Source: a bacterium (lineage in GTDB: Bacteria; UBA8248). From it: 64,000 nt of DNA. Position 1 is the first letter of the stretch. The number at the start of each line of letters is the position of its first letter. The notes below the pieces were generated by a model. The model made no database searches and was not told the DNA's origin. It worked only from the letters and a program-made list of their open reading frames with translations. Below, piece after piece: positions 1 to 8,227 of the stretch. The stretch is taken from contig CBDBBI010000010.1 of assembly GCA_965202625.1 (NCBI GenBank), positions 1,056,001 to 1,120,000 on the forward strand, in the 5' to 3' direction. The position numbers and the translations under genes are program-made.

Positions 1-1
1 C

Positions 2-244
2 TGGGCACTCAACCCCTACGTAGGGGGAGGGGTTGGAGTGATGCATCTCGACGTGCCACGTGGTACCGACAGCGGCTTCTCCTGGCAACTCGGTGCGGGC
101 GCAATTTTTCCCATAGGCAATAATCTGGCACTTGACGCCAGCTACCGGTTTCTGAACACCGCCTACGAACCTGAAATTTTCTCTATTGTGTATGAGGATA
201 TCGAGGCACACGCATTCTTGCTGGGCATCAAGCTCACGTTCTAG
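2..244 (+). CDS. Outer-membrane beta-barrel protein, C-terminal part (5'-partial)
   Basis: Frame open from the window edge: NPYVGGGVG...FSWQLGAG...LDASYRF...LGIKLTF; alternating beta-strand pattern, terminal Phe. Confidence 0.8.
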   Translation, partial: WALNPYVGGGVGVMHLDVPRGTDSGFSWQLGAGAIFPIGNNLALDASYRFLNTAYEPEIFSIVYEDIEAHAFLLGIKLTF

Positions 245-258
245 TCCGATTCGCACAA

Positions 259-296
259 GGCCGGCCCCTGCTGATGCGGGGCCGGCTTTTGTTTTT
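259..296 (+). terminator. Rho-independent terminator
   Basis: GCCGGCCCC-loop-GGGGCCGGC followed by TTTTGTTTTT just after the OMP stop. Confidence 0.8.
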
Positions 297-390
297 GTGC
301 TCGTTGCCCAAGGGAGTCGCCAACCCCAAAAACACCCAGCGGGCACAGGAATTGCTCGGCAGCGGGGGCCGGGGAGGCAGCTGGCTTTGC

Positions 391-1152
391 TTAAGAGGTG
401 AGGAGAGATTTCTCCTGAATGGTTCTTGATGGGTTGATTCCAAACGCTTGAGGCATTTCAGTCCACGTTCTGCCATCCAGCGTTCGACCCGTCTTTTTCT
501 TGAATACGCCGCCCCATTGCTTGAAGAAAAAAGGCGTGCCGCTGCCCACGCAATTATCCCGAATCTCTCGCGCCCAGTCCGGCTCCATGGGCCTTGCGCC
601 CGGACCGCTTTCGCCGCCGACGATGACCCAGTCAATGCCGTCCAGATCCAGACTCGGCAAGGGTTCAAGCAGCGGCTCAAGAGAGAGAAACTTCGTTCGG
701 GCACCCGTTTGCCGGAGCAGGCGCGCCCGGTTCAGAAAATCCGCAGACTCAATGCTCGTCCCCAGCCAGATGTTCGGCGTCCAGCGAAGCCGCCGGCTCC
801 ACCGGACAGCGCGTCCCGGCCGCTTCGTGAGCACCTGAAACGTGTGCTGGGTCGCGCGGTTCATCACCCCGAACACGGCCTCAAGGAAGTCCAGCGGCAC
901 CGCTCGGTGAAACAGATCGCTCATAGAGTTCACGAAAACAAGGCGCGGCTTGCGCCACTTCAGAGGCTCTTCCAGAATGGATGGGTGGGTTCTGAGCGAA
1001 AAGCCGTCCGCGTACTTGCGGGTCCCCATCCCCTGGAGCCGCCTCGACATCCGCGCAGCGTAACAATGCTTGCACCCGGGGCTGATCTTCGTGCAACCGG
1101 TAGTCGGGTTCCAGGTGATTTCCGTCCACTCTATGCCGGAAACTTTAGGCAT
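391..1152 (-). CDS. DUF5131 / phage Gp37-Gp68 family three-Cys (radical-SAM-like) protein
   Basis: IEWTEITWNPTTGCTKISPGCKHCYA, FVNSMSDLFH, FQVLTKR, SLEPLL, WVIVGGESG, FFFKQWGG; start at ATG 1152. Confidence 0.92.
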   Translation of the reverse strand: MPKVSGIEWTEITWNPTTGCTKISPGCKHCYAARMSRRLQGMGTRKYADGFSLRTHPSILEEPLKWRKPRLVFVNSMSDLFHRAVPLDFLEAVFGVMNRATQHTFQVLTKRPGRAVRWSRRLRWTPNIWLGTSIESADFLNRARLLRQTGARTKFLSLEPLLEPLPSLDLDGIDWVIVGGESGPGARPMEPDWAREIRDNCVGSGTPFFFKQWGGVFKKKTGRTLDGRTWTEMPQAFGINPSRTIQEKSLLTS

Positions 1153-1154
1153 GG

Positions 1155-1895
1155 CTAAATGTGACCCAGAATGTGGCCTGCAATCCGAGTAGCTGGAGCA
1201 ATTCCCCTGGGGTGGCCTACGCAAAACATAAATTCAAATAGCGCCGAATTCTTGGAGTTTTTAAGAGTTCGGGATTTTTCGAGAAACCTGTCTCTAAATA
1301 AGCACTTAAGATTTCTTTTGTATATGGAGGTCAGGCCCCCGACGCCAGAGTCTCTCTCATAATGAAGACCTCCAAATAGATCAGTGTTTTCCTGATACAG
1401 GCCTCTCCATCTCTCATCACCGAATACTTTTGTGAGTCGCTCAGCCCACTTTGGCTCAACTTCCTCGGGCATTCTTGATTTCGGCAACATCCTAGCAACA
1501 GCGGACGTAGGGAAGAGAATCCAGGTATCGAGCACCTTAAGGTTGGCTATCTTTTCAATAGTCGCCCATGCAACTTCCGTGGCGAAGCGCCGCTTCGCCG
1601 CCGCGTCCGCCGCGCAAAACCCGCTGTCGTGGGCCTCCGAGGTTGCCACAATGTGTTCAATGTCCGTCTGGTGCCTGCTGGAAAACGTCCGCCCGGTGTA
1701 TGGCCCATACGTCCGGCCCCCAAGACCGGCAACGATGCGGGCCTCAAGAGATTGCGAATACGGATAGTCGCGCCGCTTGTCGTAGGGTGCGCACCGGTGC
1801 TCGGGTGCGACCACGAGGCCGCGCCAGGTGTCAGCGGCCCACATGGTTGCGGGAGTGAGCGCAACGAGAGCGAAAACGAATATACACAAAATCAC
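1155..1895 (-). pseudogene. In-frame chimera: signal peptide plus N-half of a DUF1524-like HNH nuclease (about 1576-1895) fused to the C-half of TcmP three-Cys-motif partner protein (1155-about 1586)
   Basis: N-part YGPYTG...DIEHIVATSEAHDSG...RRFAT; C-part EVAWATIEKIA...DTWILFP...LKNSKNSALFEFMFCVGH; adjacent to DUF5131; GC drops at the junction. Confidence 0.7.
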
Positions 1896-1925
1896 CCTTC
1901 ATCCACCCCCTTGGTGCCGACCGCC

Positions 1926-2246
1926 TTAACGGTTTCCCTCTTTGCATCGAACGCGGTAATAGATTCGGCTGCCCGCAGCGCCGAGGTTATATTCCCGAAT
2001 CACTTTCCGCTCGAAAATCTCGTATCCACCGGGGCACAAGTCGTTGTCAGTGAGGTAGAGCTTGAGCCTCGATAGTCTGTTGGATTCAGCGGAGGAGCTG
2101 TCATGCGGAGTGAGCGGGCCAGCTACCGCCTCGTACTGAAACGTCCCGTCGGACAATGGCCTGAATCTGGTATCGAATATAGTGTCGTGCGCAGAACAAC
2201 CCATTAATGCCAGGAACGCAAAAACGGCCAGGCCTTTCGCAAACAT
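1926..2246 (-). CDS. Small lipoprotein, variant 1 (106 aa)
   Basis: MFAKGLAVFAFLALMG-C lipobox, strong RBS GGAGG, two further conserved Cys; paralog of 2413-2736. Confidence 0.8.
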   Translation of the reverse strand: MFAKGLAVFAFLALMGCSAHDTIFDTRFRPLSDGTFQYEAVAGPLTPHDSSSAESNRLSRLKLYLTDNDLCPGGYEIFERKVIREYNLGAAGSRIYYRVRCKEGNR

Positions 2247-2412
2247 CGGCTCCTCCTCCCTCAAAAAGTCCGCGCCATCCAGCACACCTCTCCCAAAACC
2301 TCCGCACCGCGCGGAGGCGGGATGGGCTCCCACGCCGGATGATCGCTCTCCAGAATCCACCGCCCCTCCACCCACACCGCGCGCGGCCACAGCGAACAGG
2401 CTGCAGACCGCC

Positions 2413-2736
2413 TTAACGGTTTCCCTCTTTGCATCGAACGCGGTAATGGATTCTGTGGGCCAAAGCGTCGGAGCCATATTCCCGAATCGCTATCCGCTCG
2501 AAAACCTCGTATCCACCGGGGCACAAGTCGTTGTCAGTGAGGTAGAGCTTGAGCCTCAATAGTCTGTTGGCTTCAGCGGAGGCACTCTTCGGCGGATAGA
2601 ACGGGCCAGCTACCGCCTCGTACTCAAACGTCCCGTCGGACAATGGCTTGAATCTGTGATCGTATCCAGTGATGCGCGCAGTAGTACAACCCATTAATGC
2701 CAGGAACGCAAAAACGGCCAGGCCTTTCGCAAACAT
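2413..2736 (-). CDS. Small lipoprotein, variant 2
   Basis: Same signal peptide and lipobox; starts just after the repressor stop codon. Confidence 0.8.
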   Translation of the reverse strand: MFAKGLAVFAFLALMGCTTARITGYDHRFKPLSDGTFEYEAVAGPFYPPKSASAEANRLLRLKLYLTDNDLCPGGYEVFERIAIREYGSDALAHRIHYRVRCKEGNR

Positions 2737-2750
2737 CATCTCCTCCTCCC

Positions 2751-3527
2751 TCAAAAAGTCCGCGCCATCCAGCACACCTCTCCCAACACCTCCGCCCCGC
2801 GCGGAGGCGGGATGGGCTCCCACGCCGGATGATCGCTCTCCAGAATCCACCGCCCGTCCACCCACACCGCGCGCTTGACCAGCAAGCCATCCTCGCCGCG
2901 CACCACGAATATCCGTCCGCTGTGCAGGTGCTTTTTTTTCATGTCAATGAGAATGGAGCAACCCGCCGGCAGCGTCGGCTCCATGGATTCGCCCGCCACG
3001 CGGATGATGCGGCACTGGGCGGCCTCCAGCCCTTGCTCCCTCAGCCACTCCGCGCGAAACGCCAGACGTCCCGCCACCGTCTCGCTGTCCGCCTCCGCAC
3101 CGCCTCCCGCCGCCGCGTCCACCTCCACGATTTCCACGTGACGGAAATGGAAAGCGTCCGTATTTCCGGCGGCCTCCGATTCTGCCGCGTCGCGCAATTT
3201 GTCCAGGGTACCGGCCGCATCGCGCAAGCGGGAGAGCTCCGCATCGAAAGCCTCCTCCAGCATTCGCTTCGCCGAGCCCTCCTGGAGTGCCGCCGCCCCT
3301 GATGCATCGGGCACCCCTGATGCACCGGGTGGGGCGACGAGAGGAAATTCAATGCCCAGAGCTTCGCAAATCTGGGCGGCGCGCCCGATAGAAGGTTGCT
3401 GTCCGTCCAGGATTCCCTGGAAACTTCGCACAGGAATCCCCGCACGCATTGCCGCCGCGCGTACGGACTCACCATTCCTTGCGAGGTGATCACGAACATC
3501 TTTCACAAACCGTTCCCTTACTCCCAT
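2751..3527 (-). CDS. Phage CI-type repressor, HTH plus S24 peptidase
   Basis: N-terminal HTH (SVRAAAMRAGIPVRSFQGIL...PSIGRAAQICEALG), AAAG cleavage site, VAGESMEP (Ser) and LLVKR (Lys). Confidence 0.9.
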   Translation of the reverse strand: MGVRERFVKDVRDHLARNGESVRAAAMRAGIPVRSFQGILDGQQPSIGRAAQICEALGIEFPLVAPPGASGVPDASGAAALQEGSAKRMLEEAFDAELSRLRDAAGTLDKLRDAAESEAAGNTDAFHFRHVEIVEVDAAAGGGAEADSETVAGRLAFRAEWLREQGLEAAQCRIIRVAGESMEPTLPAGCSILIDMKKKHLHSGRIFVVRGEDGLLVKRAVWVDGRWILESDHPAWEPIPPPRGAEVLGEVCWMARTF

Positions 3528-3624
3528 GTGGCAATGTATAGCATATTGTGCCCCCAAATTGCCATTGGCATTATAATGCAAATATGGGCTTGACATCTTG
3601 GCGTAATAAAGCCATATTGGCCTT
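3528..3624. promoter_or_regulatory. Divergent lysis/lysogeny switch: sigma70 promoter TTGACA(3590)-17bp-CATATT(3613) and three operator-like repeats
   Basis: AT-rich; repeats TGGCAATGTATAGCATATTG (3529), TGGCATTATAATGCAAATATG (3566), TGGCGTAATAAAGCCATATTG (3599). Confidence 0.65.
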
Positions 3625-3873
3625 ATGACGCCAAACCAGATCATCCACCTTATAGACGTCATGGCCGAGGCGACCGCCCGAAGCCCGCACACGCTCGCCC
3701 GCTACGCTGCCGGCTCCGGAGATTTCTACGCGCGCCTGAAGGTTGGACACGACATCACGACCCGCCGCGCCGCGCGCGTCGTTCAATGGTTCTCCGATCA
3801 ATGGCCCTCCGACCTGGAGTGGCCGTCGGACGTTCCCCGCCCTGTGCCGAAAGCGAAGGAGAGTGCCGCGTGA
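3625..3873 (+). CDS. Cro/Ner-like small phage regulator
   Basis: 82 aa divergent from the repressor; TLARYAAGSGDFYARLKVGHDITTRRA...WFSDQWPSDLEWPSDVPRP resembles alphaproteobacterial phage regulators. Confidence 0.65.
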   Translation: MTPNQIIHLIDVMAEATARSPHTLARYAAGSGDFYARLKVGHDITTRRAARVVQWFSDQWPSDLEWPSDVPRPVPKAKESAA

Positions 3874-4628
3874 GCGGGTGCGATCTGCGGGTGATAACGG
3901 AGGAATCCCCCCCCGTTTCGCCGGCGAAACAGGCACACGAAGCGCCGCGGCCCCTCTTTCATGAAGGGCTTGGGCGGGATCGCTGGGCGGAGATCGGGCG
4001 CGATCTTTCCCACTGGGCGGAGAACACGCAATGGGAAATGGGAGAATGGGCTCTGTTTGGGGAGGCGTCTTTTGGCGAGAGGACGCTGCGGGAGGTGGCG
4101 TCCGGTCTGAAAATCAGCGCGGGCAAACTGTCCAACTGCCGACTGGTCGCCAAGAATTTCCCCGCGTTTCGCCGGCGAAACGCCTTGAGTTTTTCTCACC
4201 ATCTCGAAGTGGCGCGCCTGCCGCAAGCGGAGGGCGACGAAATTCTCGCCCGCGCCGAGGCGGATGGATGGACGCGAGAGCAGATTCGGAAGGAAGCGCG
4301 CGAAGCGCGGGCGGCGGTGCTGGCGTGCCTGGTGCGCGAGAACGAGGCGCTTCGCGCGGAGAATGCGCGGCTCAAAACCACGCCGGCGGCGGCGAAGGAT
4401 GCGGCGCGCGACCTGGAGAGACGCGCGAAGGCCGCCGCCCGAAAGGTGAGCGCGGCGTTTGCGGACCTCGCGCGGGTACTGGGCGAGGCGGGTGCATCGG
4501 CGGAAATCACAGGTTTGCACGGCAACGCGCGCGCGGCACTCGACGCGCGCCTGAAACGCATCGTGTGCTCGGCTGGAAGGGATGCGGCCGGCGTGCAGAT
4601 GCGCTTCACTTTCGGGGCGGGCGAATGA
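3870..4628 (+). CDS. LmbU-like HTH DNA-binding protein with C-terminal coiled coil
   Basis: QWEMGEWALFGEASFG...LSNCRLVAKNF...RRRNALSFSHHLEVARLP...AEADGWTREQIR; GTG start overlaps the upstream stop, RBS AAGGAGAG. Confidence 0.7.
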   Translation: MSGCDLRVITEESPPVSPAKQAHEAPRPLFHEGLGRDRWAEIGRDLSHWAENTQWEMGEWALFGEASFGERTLREVASGLKISAGKLSNCRLVAKNFPAFRRRNALSFSHHLEVARLPQAEGDEILARAEADGWTREQIRKEAREARAAVLACLVRENEALRAENARLKTTPAAAKDAARDLERRAKAAARKVSAAFADLARVLGEAGASAEITGLHGNARAALDARLKRIVCSAGRDAAGVQMRFTFGAGE

Positions 4629-5284
4629 ATCCCCACGCCCGTGAAACCGCCCAGCAACCCTCTTTCATCGCCCTGGAAACGCCCGAAAAACTCCCTTGCA
4701 ACGACCTGGAAACCGCCTGGAACGCCGCCACGGACGCCCAGAAAGAGCGCGCCGTCAAGCGGCTGCGTGCGGTCGAGCGTTCCGAGGCTTTGGCGGCGGA
4801 GGGGATAGTGCGCGCGGAGGCGGACGGAATAGCGGCACTTGAATGCGGCGCGTCCAAATCCGCCGTCGCCACCTGGCGGCGTCGCGCACGAGGTGCGGGG
4901 CGGGGAGATAGACTGCGCACGCTTCTTGACGCACCGGGGCGCGGACGGCCGCGTGCAGAATGGACGGGCACGGCGGCGGAGACGCTCTGGACGCTGTGGC
5001 GCACGGACTGGCTCCGAGAGGAAGCACCGGATGCGGCGGCGGCACATCGGCGGGTGGAGGCGGTCGCCCAGGCGCGGGGCTGGGAATGTCCGCCCCTCCA
5101 GGCGTTCACCCGCAGGGTGCGGCGCGAGGTTTCCCGCCGCGAAGTCGTACGCGCGCGCAAGGGTGCCCTCGCCGCCATGAACACCTCGCCCCACCAGACG
5201 CGAAGCGTGGAGGCGGGATGGGCTCCCACGCCGGATGATCGCTCTCCAGAATCCACCGCCCCTCCACCCACACCGCGCGCTTGA
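4625..5284 (+). pseudogene. Mu-type transposase A, end-binding domains only; truncated at about 5209 before the DDE core
   Basis: DWLREEAP...HRRVEAVAQARGWECPP...VVRARKG...PHQTRSV matches the MuA I-beta/I-gamma pattern; then reads into a repressor-gene fragment. Confidence 0.75.
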
Positions 5285-5297
5285 CCAGCAAGCCATC
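5209..5297. repeat. Third copy (89 bp) of the repressor 3' region, direct repeat of 2803-2891
   Basis: One mismatch to 2803-2891; that base matches the copy at 2313-2384. Confidence 0.95.
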
Positions 5298-5351
5298 TCG
5301 GTAGAGGCACACGTCGGCTTTTGTTCTTGTTCAATAGTCGAAGTCCCTCCT

Positions 5352-7247
5352 CTACTTCCCCGGATAGCCCAGGCCGGCGAGGGTCTCGGCGATCTCGGGC
5401 AGGATGGCCGGGTCGTCAATGGTGGCAGGTGCCTTGTATTCCTCGCCGTCGGCGATGCGCGACATCGTTCCCCGTAAAATTTTGCCCGAGCGCGTCTTGG
5501 GCAGGCGCTTCACCACTGCCGCCTGACGGAATGCGGCCACGGCGCCGATCTGGCGGCGCACGAGCTGCACCACCTCGCCGACGACCTCCGCATCCTCCCT
5601 CTCAACGCCCGACGTCAAGACCAGAAAACCGAGGGGAAGCTGGCCCTTGAGCTGATCCTTCACTCCGATGACGGCACACTCCGCCACGTCGGGATGCGAG
5701 GTCAACACCTCCTCCATCGCGCCCGTGGAGAGCCTGTGGCCCGCCACGTTGATGATGTCGTCCGTCCTCGACATCACATAGACGTAGCCCTCCTCGTCCA
5801 CGTAGCCGGCATCGCCCGTTTTGTAGAAGCCCGGATATTCGCTCAGATAGGAATCGACAAAACGCGCGTCCGCGTTCCAGAGGGTGGGGAGACAACCGGG
5901 CGGCAGGGGCAGTTTGACGCACAGCGCGCCCATCTCGCCCGCACCCAGTGCGCGGCACTCGCTGTCGAGAACCCGAAAATCGTAGCCGGGAACGGGCTTC
6001 GTGGGGGAGCCGTATTTGACGGGCAGATGCTCGATTCCGATGGAGTTCGCCAGCATCGGCCAGCCGCTCTCCGTCTGCCAATAGTGGTCGATGACGGGAA
6101 CCCCCAGCTTATCCTCCGCCCACTGCACCGTGTCCGGGTCGGATCGCTCCCCCGCCAGAAAAAGGGTGCGGAAACAGCCGAGGTCGTAATTTCGCATGAG
6201 TTCAGCGTCCGGATCATCGCGCTTGATAGCGCGAAACGCCGTGGGCGCCGTGAACAAAACCTTCACCCCATGCTCGGAGATGACGCGCCAGAAAGCGCCT
6301 GCGTCGGGCGTGCCCACGGGCTTGCCCTCAAACAGGATGGTCGCGCAGCCGTGGAGCAGCGGCGCATACACGATGTAGGAATGCCCCACCACCCAGCCTA
6401 CGTCGGACGCCGCCCAGAACACCTCGCCCGGCGCCACGCCATACACGTTTCGCATCGACCACTTGAGCGCCACCATGTGGCCGCCGTTGTCTCGAACCAC
6501 CCCCTTGGGCTGTCCCGTCGTGCCCGAGGTGTAGAGGATATAAAGGGGGTCCGTGGCGGCGACGGGAACACAGGCCGCAGGCATCGCGCCCCGCAGCGCA
6601 TCGCCCCATTCGACGTCGCGGCCCTCGATGAGCTCCGCCTCCGCCTGGGCGCGCTGCAGGATGACGCACTTCTCCGGCTTCACGCTCGAGAGGTTGATCG
6701 CCTCATCGAGCAGGGGCTTGTAGGCGATGACGCCCGAGGGTTCCACTCCGCACGAGGCGGATATCATGAGTTTCGGCTTTGCGTCCTCGATCCGCGCCGC
6801 CAGCTCGTTCGGTGCGAACCCGCCGAAGACGACCGAGTGCACCGCGCCGATGCGCGCGCAGGCGAGCATGGAGATCGCCGCCTCGGGTACCATCGGCATG
6901 TAGATGATGACGCAGTCGCCCTTCTCCACCCCCAGGGATTTGAGCGCGCCCGCGAAATGCGCCACCTCGCGCAGCAACTCCCCATAGGTGAACTTTCGGG
7001 CAGGCGCACCCGTGATGGGGGTGTCGTATATCAGGGCGAGTTGATCCGCGCGTCCCGCCTCGACGTGACGATCCAGTGCGTTGTAGCAGGTGTTGACCTC
7101 GCCTCCTGCGAACCAGCGATAGAAAGGAGGGCGGGAATCATCCAGCACCCTCTCCCATCTCTTGTGCCAGTGCACGTCCTCCGCCGCCTCCGCCCAGAAC
7201 GCCTCCGCGTCCAAGAGAGAGCGGGCGTGAACCTCTGCGTAGCCCAT
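5352..7247 (-). CDS. prpE: Propionyl-CoA synthetase
   Basis: YILYTSGTTGQPKG, SDVGWVVGHSYIVYAPL, LFLAGE, LPKTRSGKILR. Confidence 0.88.
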   Translation of the reverse strand: MGYAEVHARSLLDAEAFWAEAAEDVHWHKRWERVLDDSRPPFYRWFAGGEVNTCYNALDRHVEAGRADQLALIYDTPITGAPARKFTYGELLREVAHFAGALKSLGVEKGDCVIIYMPMVPEAAISMLACARIGAVHSVVFGGFAPNELAARIEDAKPKLMISASCGVEPSGVIAYKPLLDEAINLSSVKPEKCVILQRAQAEAELIEGRDVEWGDALRGAMPAACVPVAATDPLYILYTSGTTGQPKGVVRDNGGHMVALKWSMRNVYGVAPGEVFWAASDVGWVVGHSYIVYAPLLHGCATILFEGKPVGTPDAGAFWRVISEHGVKVLFTAPTAFRAIKRDDPDAELMRNYDLGCFRTLFLAGERSDPDTVQWAEDKLGVPVIDHYWQTESGWPMLANSIGIEHLPVKYGSPTKPVPGYDFRVLDSECRALGAGEMGALCVKLPLPPGCLPTLWNADARFVDSYLSEYPGFYKTGDAGYVDEEGYVYVMSRTDDIINVAGHRLSTGAMEEVLTSHPDVAECAVIGVKDQLKGQLPLGFLVLTSGVEREDAEVVGEVVQLVRRQIGAVAAFRQAAVVKRLPKTRSGKILRGTMSRIADGEEYKAPATIDDPAILPEIAETLAGLGYPGK

Positions 7248-7765
7248 GCCTTCTCCTTCCAGGGAAAACCTGTATCTTTATTTTCATGATCACGTGAAGA
7301 CGCATCATACCAAACTCCGCCTCTGCCTGCCTGGAGGATTCTTCGCAGATGCACAAACCCTCGACGCGCGCGACGCCGCCAGTCCCGAACCCATCATCAA
7401 AAACGGGATGGCGAGGCCCCATAATAAAACCCCATGCGCACTCGATGCACACCCCTTGCATCGTTTGTGCAACGCCCTTTCCCGCCCCCTGAAACGGCGG
7501 GTTTTCCAGGGGATTTTCTTCTGAAAAACCGGCGCATTTTTCACCCGTTCGCAATGATTTTCATCGGGCCAGAGCGGCGAGAAAACGATTTCGCCAAGGG
7601 AGGCACCGCATTTCAAGCGATAGGCGTTGCGCACGGACGCCTCCAGGTCGAGAATTTCGTCTTTCACGGACATTTTTTTGCGCCTTTCGCCCAGGTCATT
7701 TTTTGCTATACTTCTCCCCATGGTGTTTGCTTTCGTGAGTTGCTCTCATTCCAAAGGGGCGATCC

Positions 7766-8224
7766 ATGGCGTCATCAGAGACGAAAGCGGCACCTGACGG
7801 GCGGCGCGGCTTCATCGCCACCCTCTTTATGCTTGGCGGCCTCATCGTCAGCTATGGAACGGCCGCCGTCTATGGATTGCGCTATCTTTTCGGCAGGCAG
7901 CTTCCTCCCCGCATGACGCAAGTCCTCACCGCCACCCTTTCCGCCATCCCCGACGGCGGAAGCATCATCGGGAGCGATCTGTCGGGCAGAAAATTCCTGC
8001 TCGTGCGCGCGGGCGATACGGTGCGCGCGTTTTCCACCGCCTGTACCCATCTGGGATGCCAGGTCTATTGGCAGGACGAGAAGAAGGTGTTCTTCTGTCC
8101 CTGCCACAACGGCTTCTTCGACGCCGACGGCAACCCCACGTCGGGGCCTCCGCCCACACCGCTCGCCCAATACCCCGTCGAAATACGCGGGACGAGCATT
8201 TTCGTCACCATGCCCGAGGCCTGA
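7766..8224 (+). CDS. Rieske 2Fe-2S subunit of a Rieske/cytochrome b complex
   Basis: Tat-like GRRGFI plus TM helix; CTHLGC and CPCHNGFF; GPPPTPL. Confidence 0.93.
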   Translation: MASSETKAAPDGRRGFIATLFMLGGLIVSYGTAAVYGLRYLFGRQLPPRMTQVLTATLSAIPDGGSIIGSDLSGRKFLLVRAGDTVRAFSTACTHLGCQVYWQDEKKVFFCPCHNGFFDADGNPTSGPPPTPLAQYPVEIRGTSIFVTMPEA

Positions 8225-8227
8225 GCC

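Larger units (their letters stand above)
1919..2874. repeat. Tandem direct repeat: 1919-2384 and 2406-2874 (repressor 3' end plus lipoprotein gene), 21-bp spacer
   Basis: Direct comparison shows long identical blocks interrupted by variable blocks. Confidence 0.95.
391..5297. mobile_element. Degenerate Mu-like (transposable) prophage remnant with accessory genes
   Basis: Repressor / ner-like / MuA order, phage-associated DUF5131, several truncation junctions; boundaries approximate. Confidence 0.7.

Noticed and set aside
1919-2874. Calling the lipoprotein pair a DGR template/variable repeat
   Set aside because: Only about 21 of 37 differences involve an A, and neither copy is consistently the A-bearing one; no reverse transcriptase in the window. 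A remote DGR cannot be excluded.
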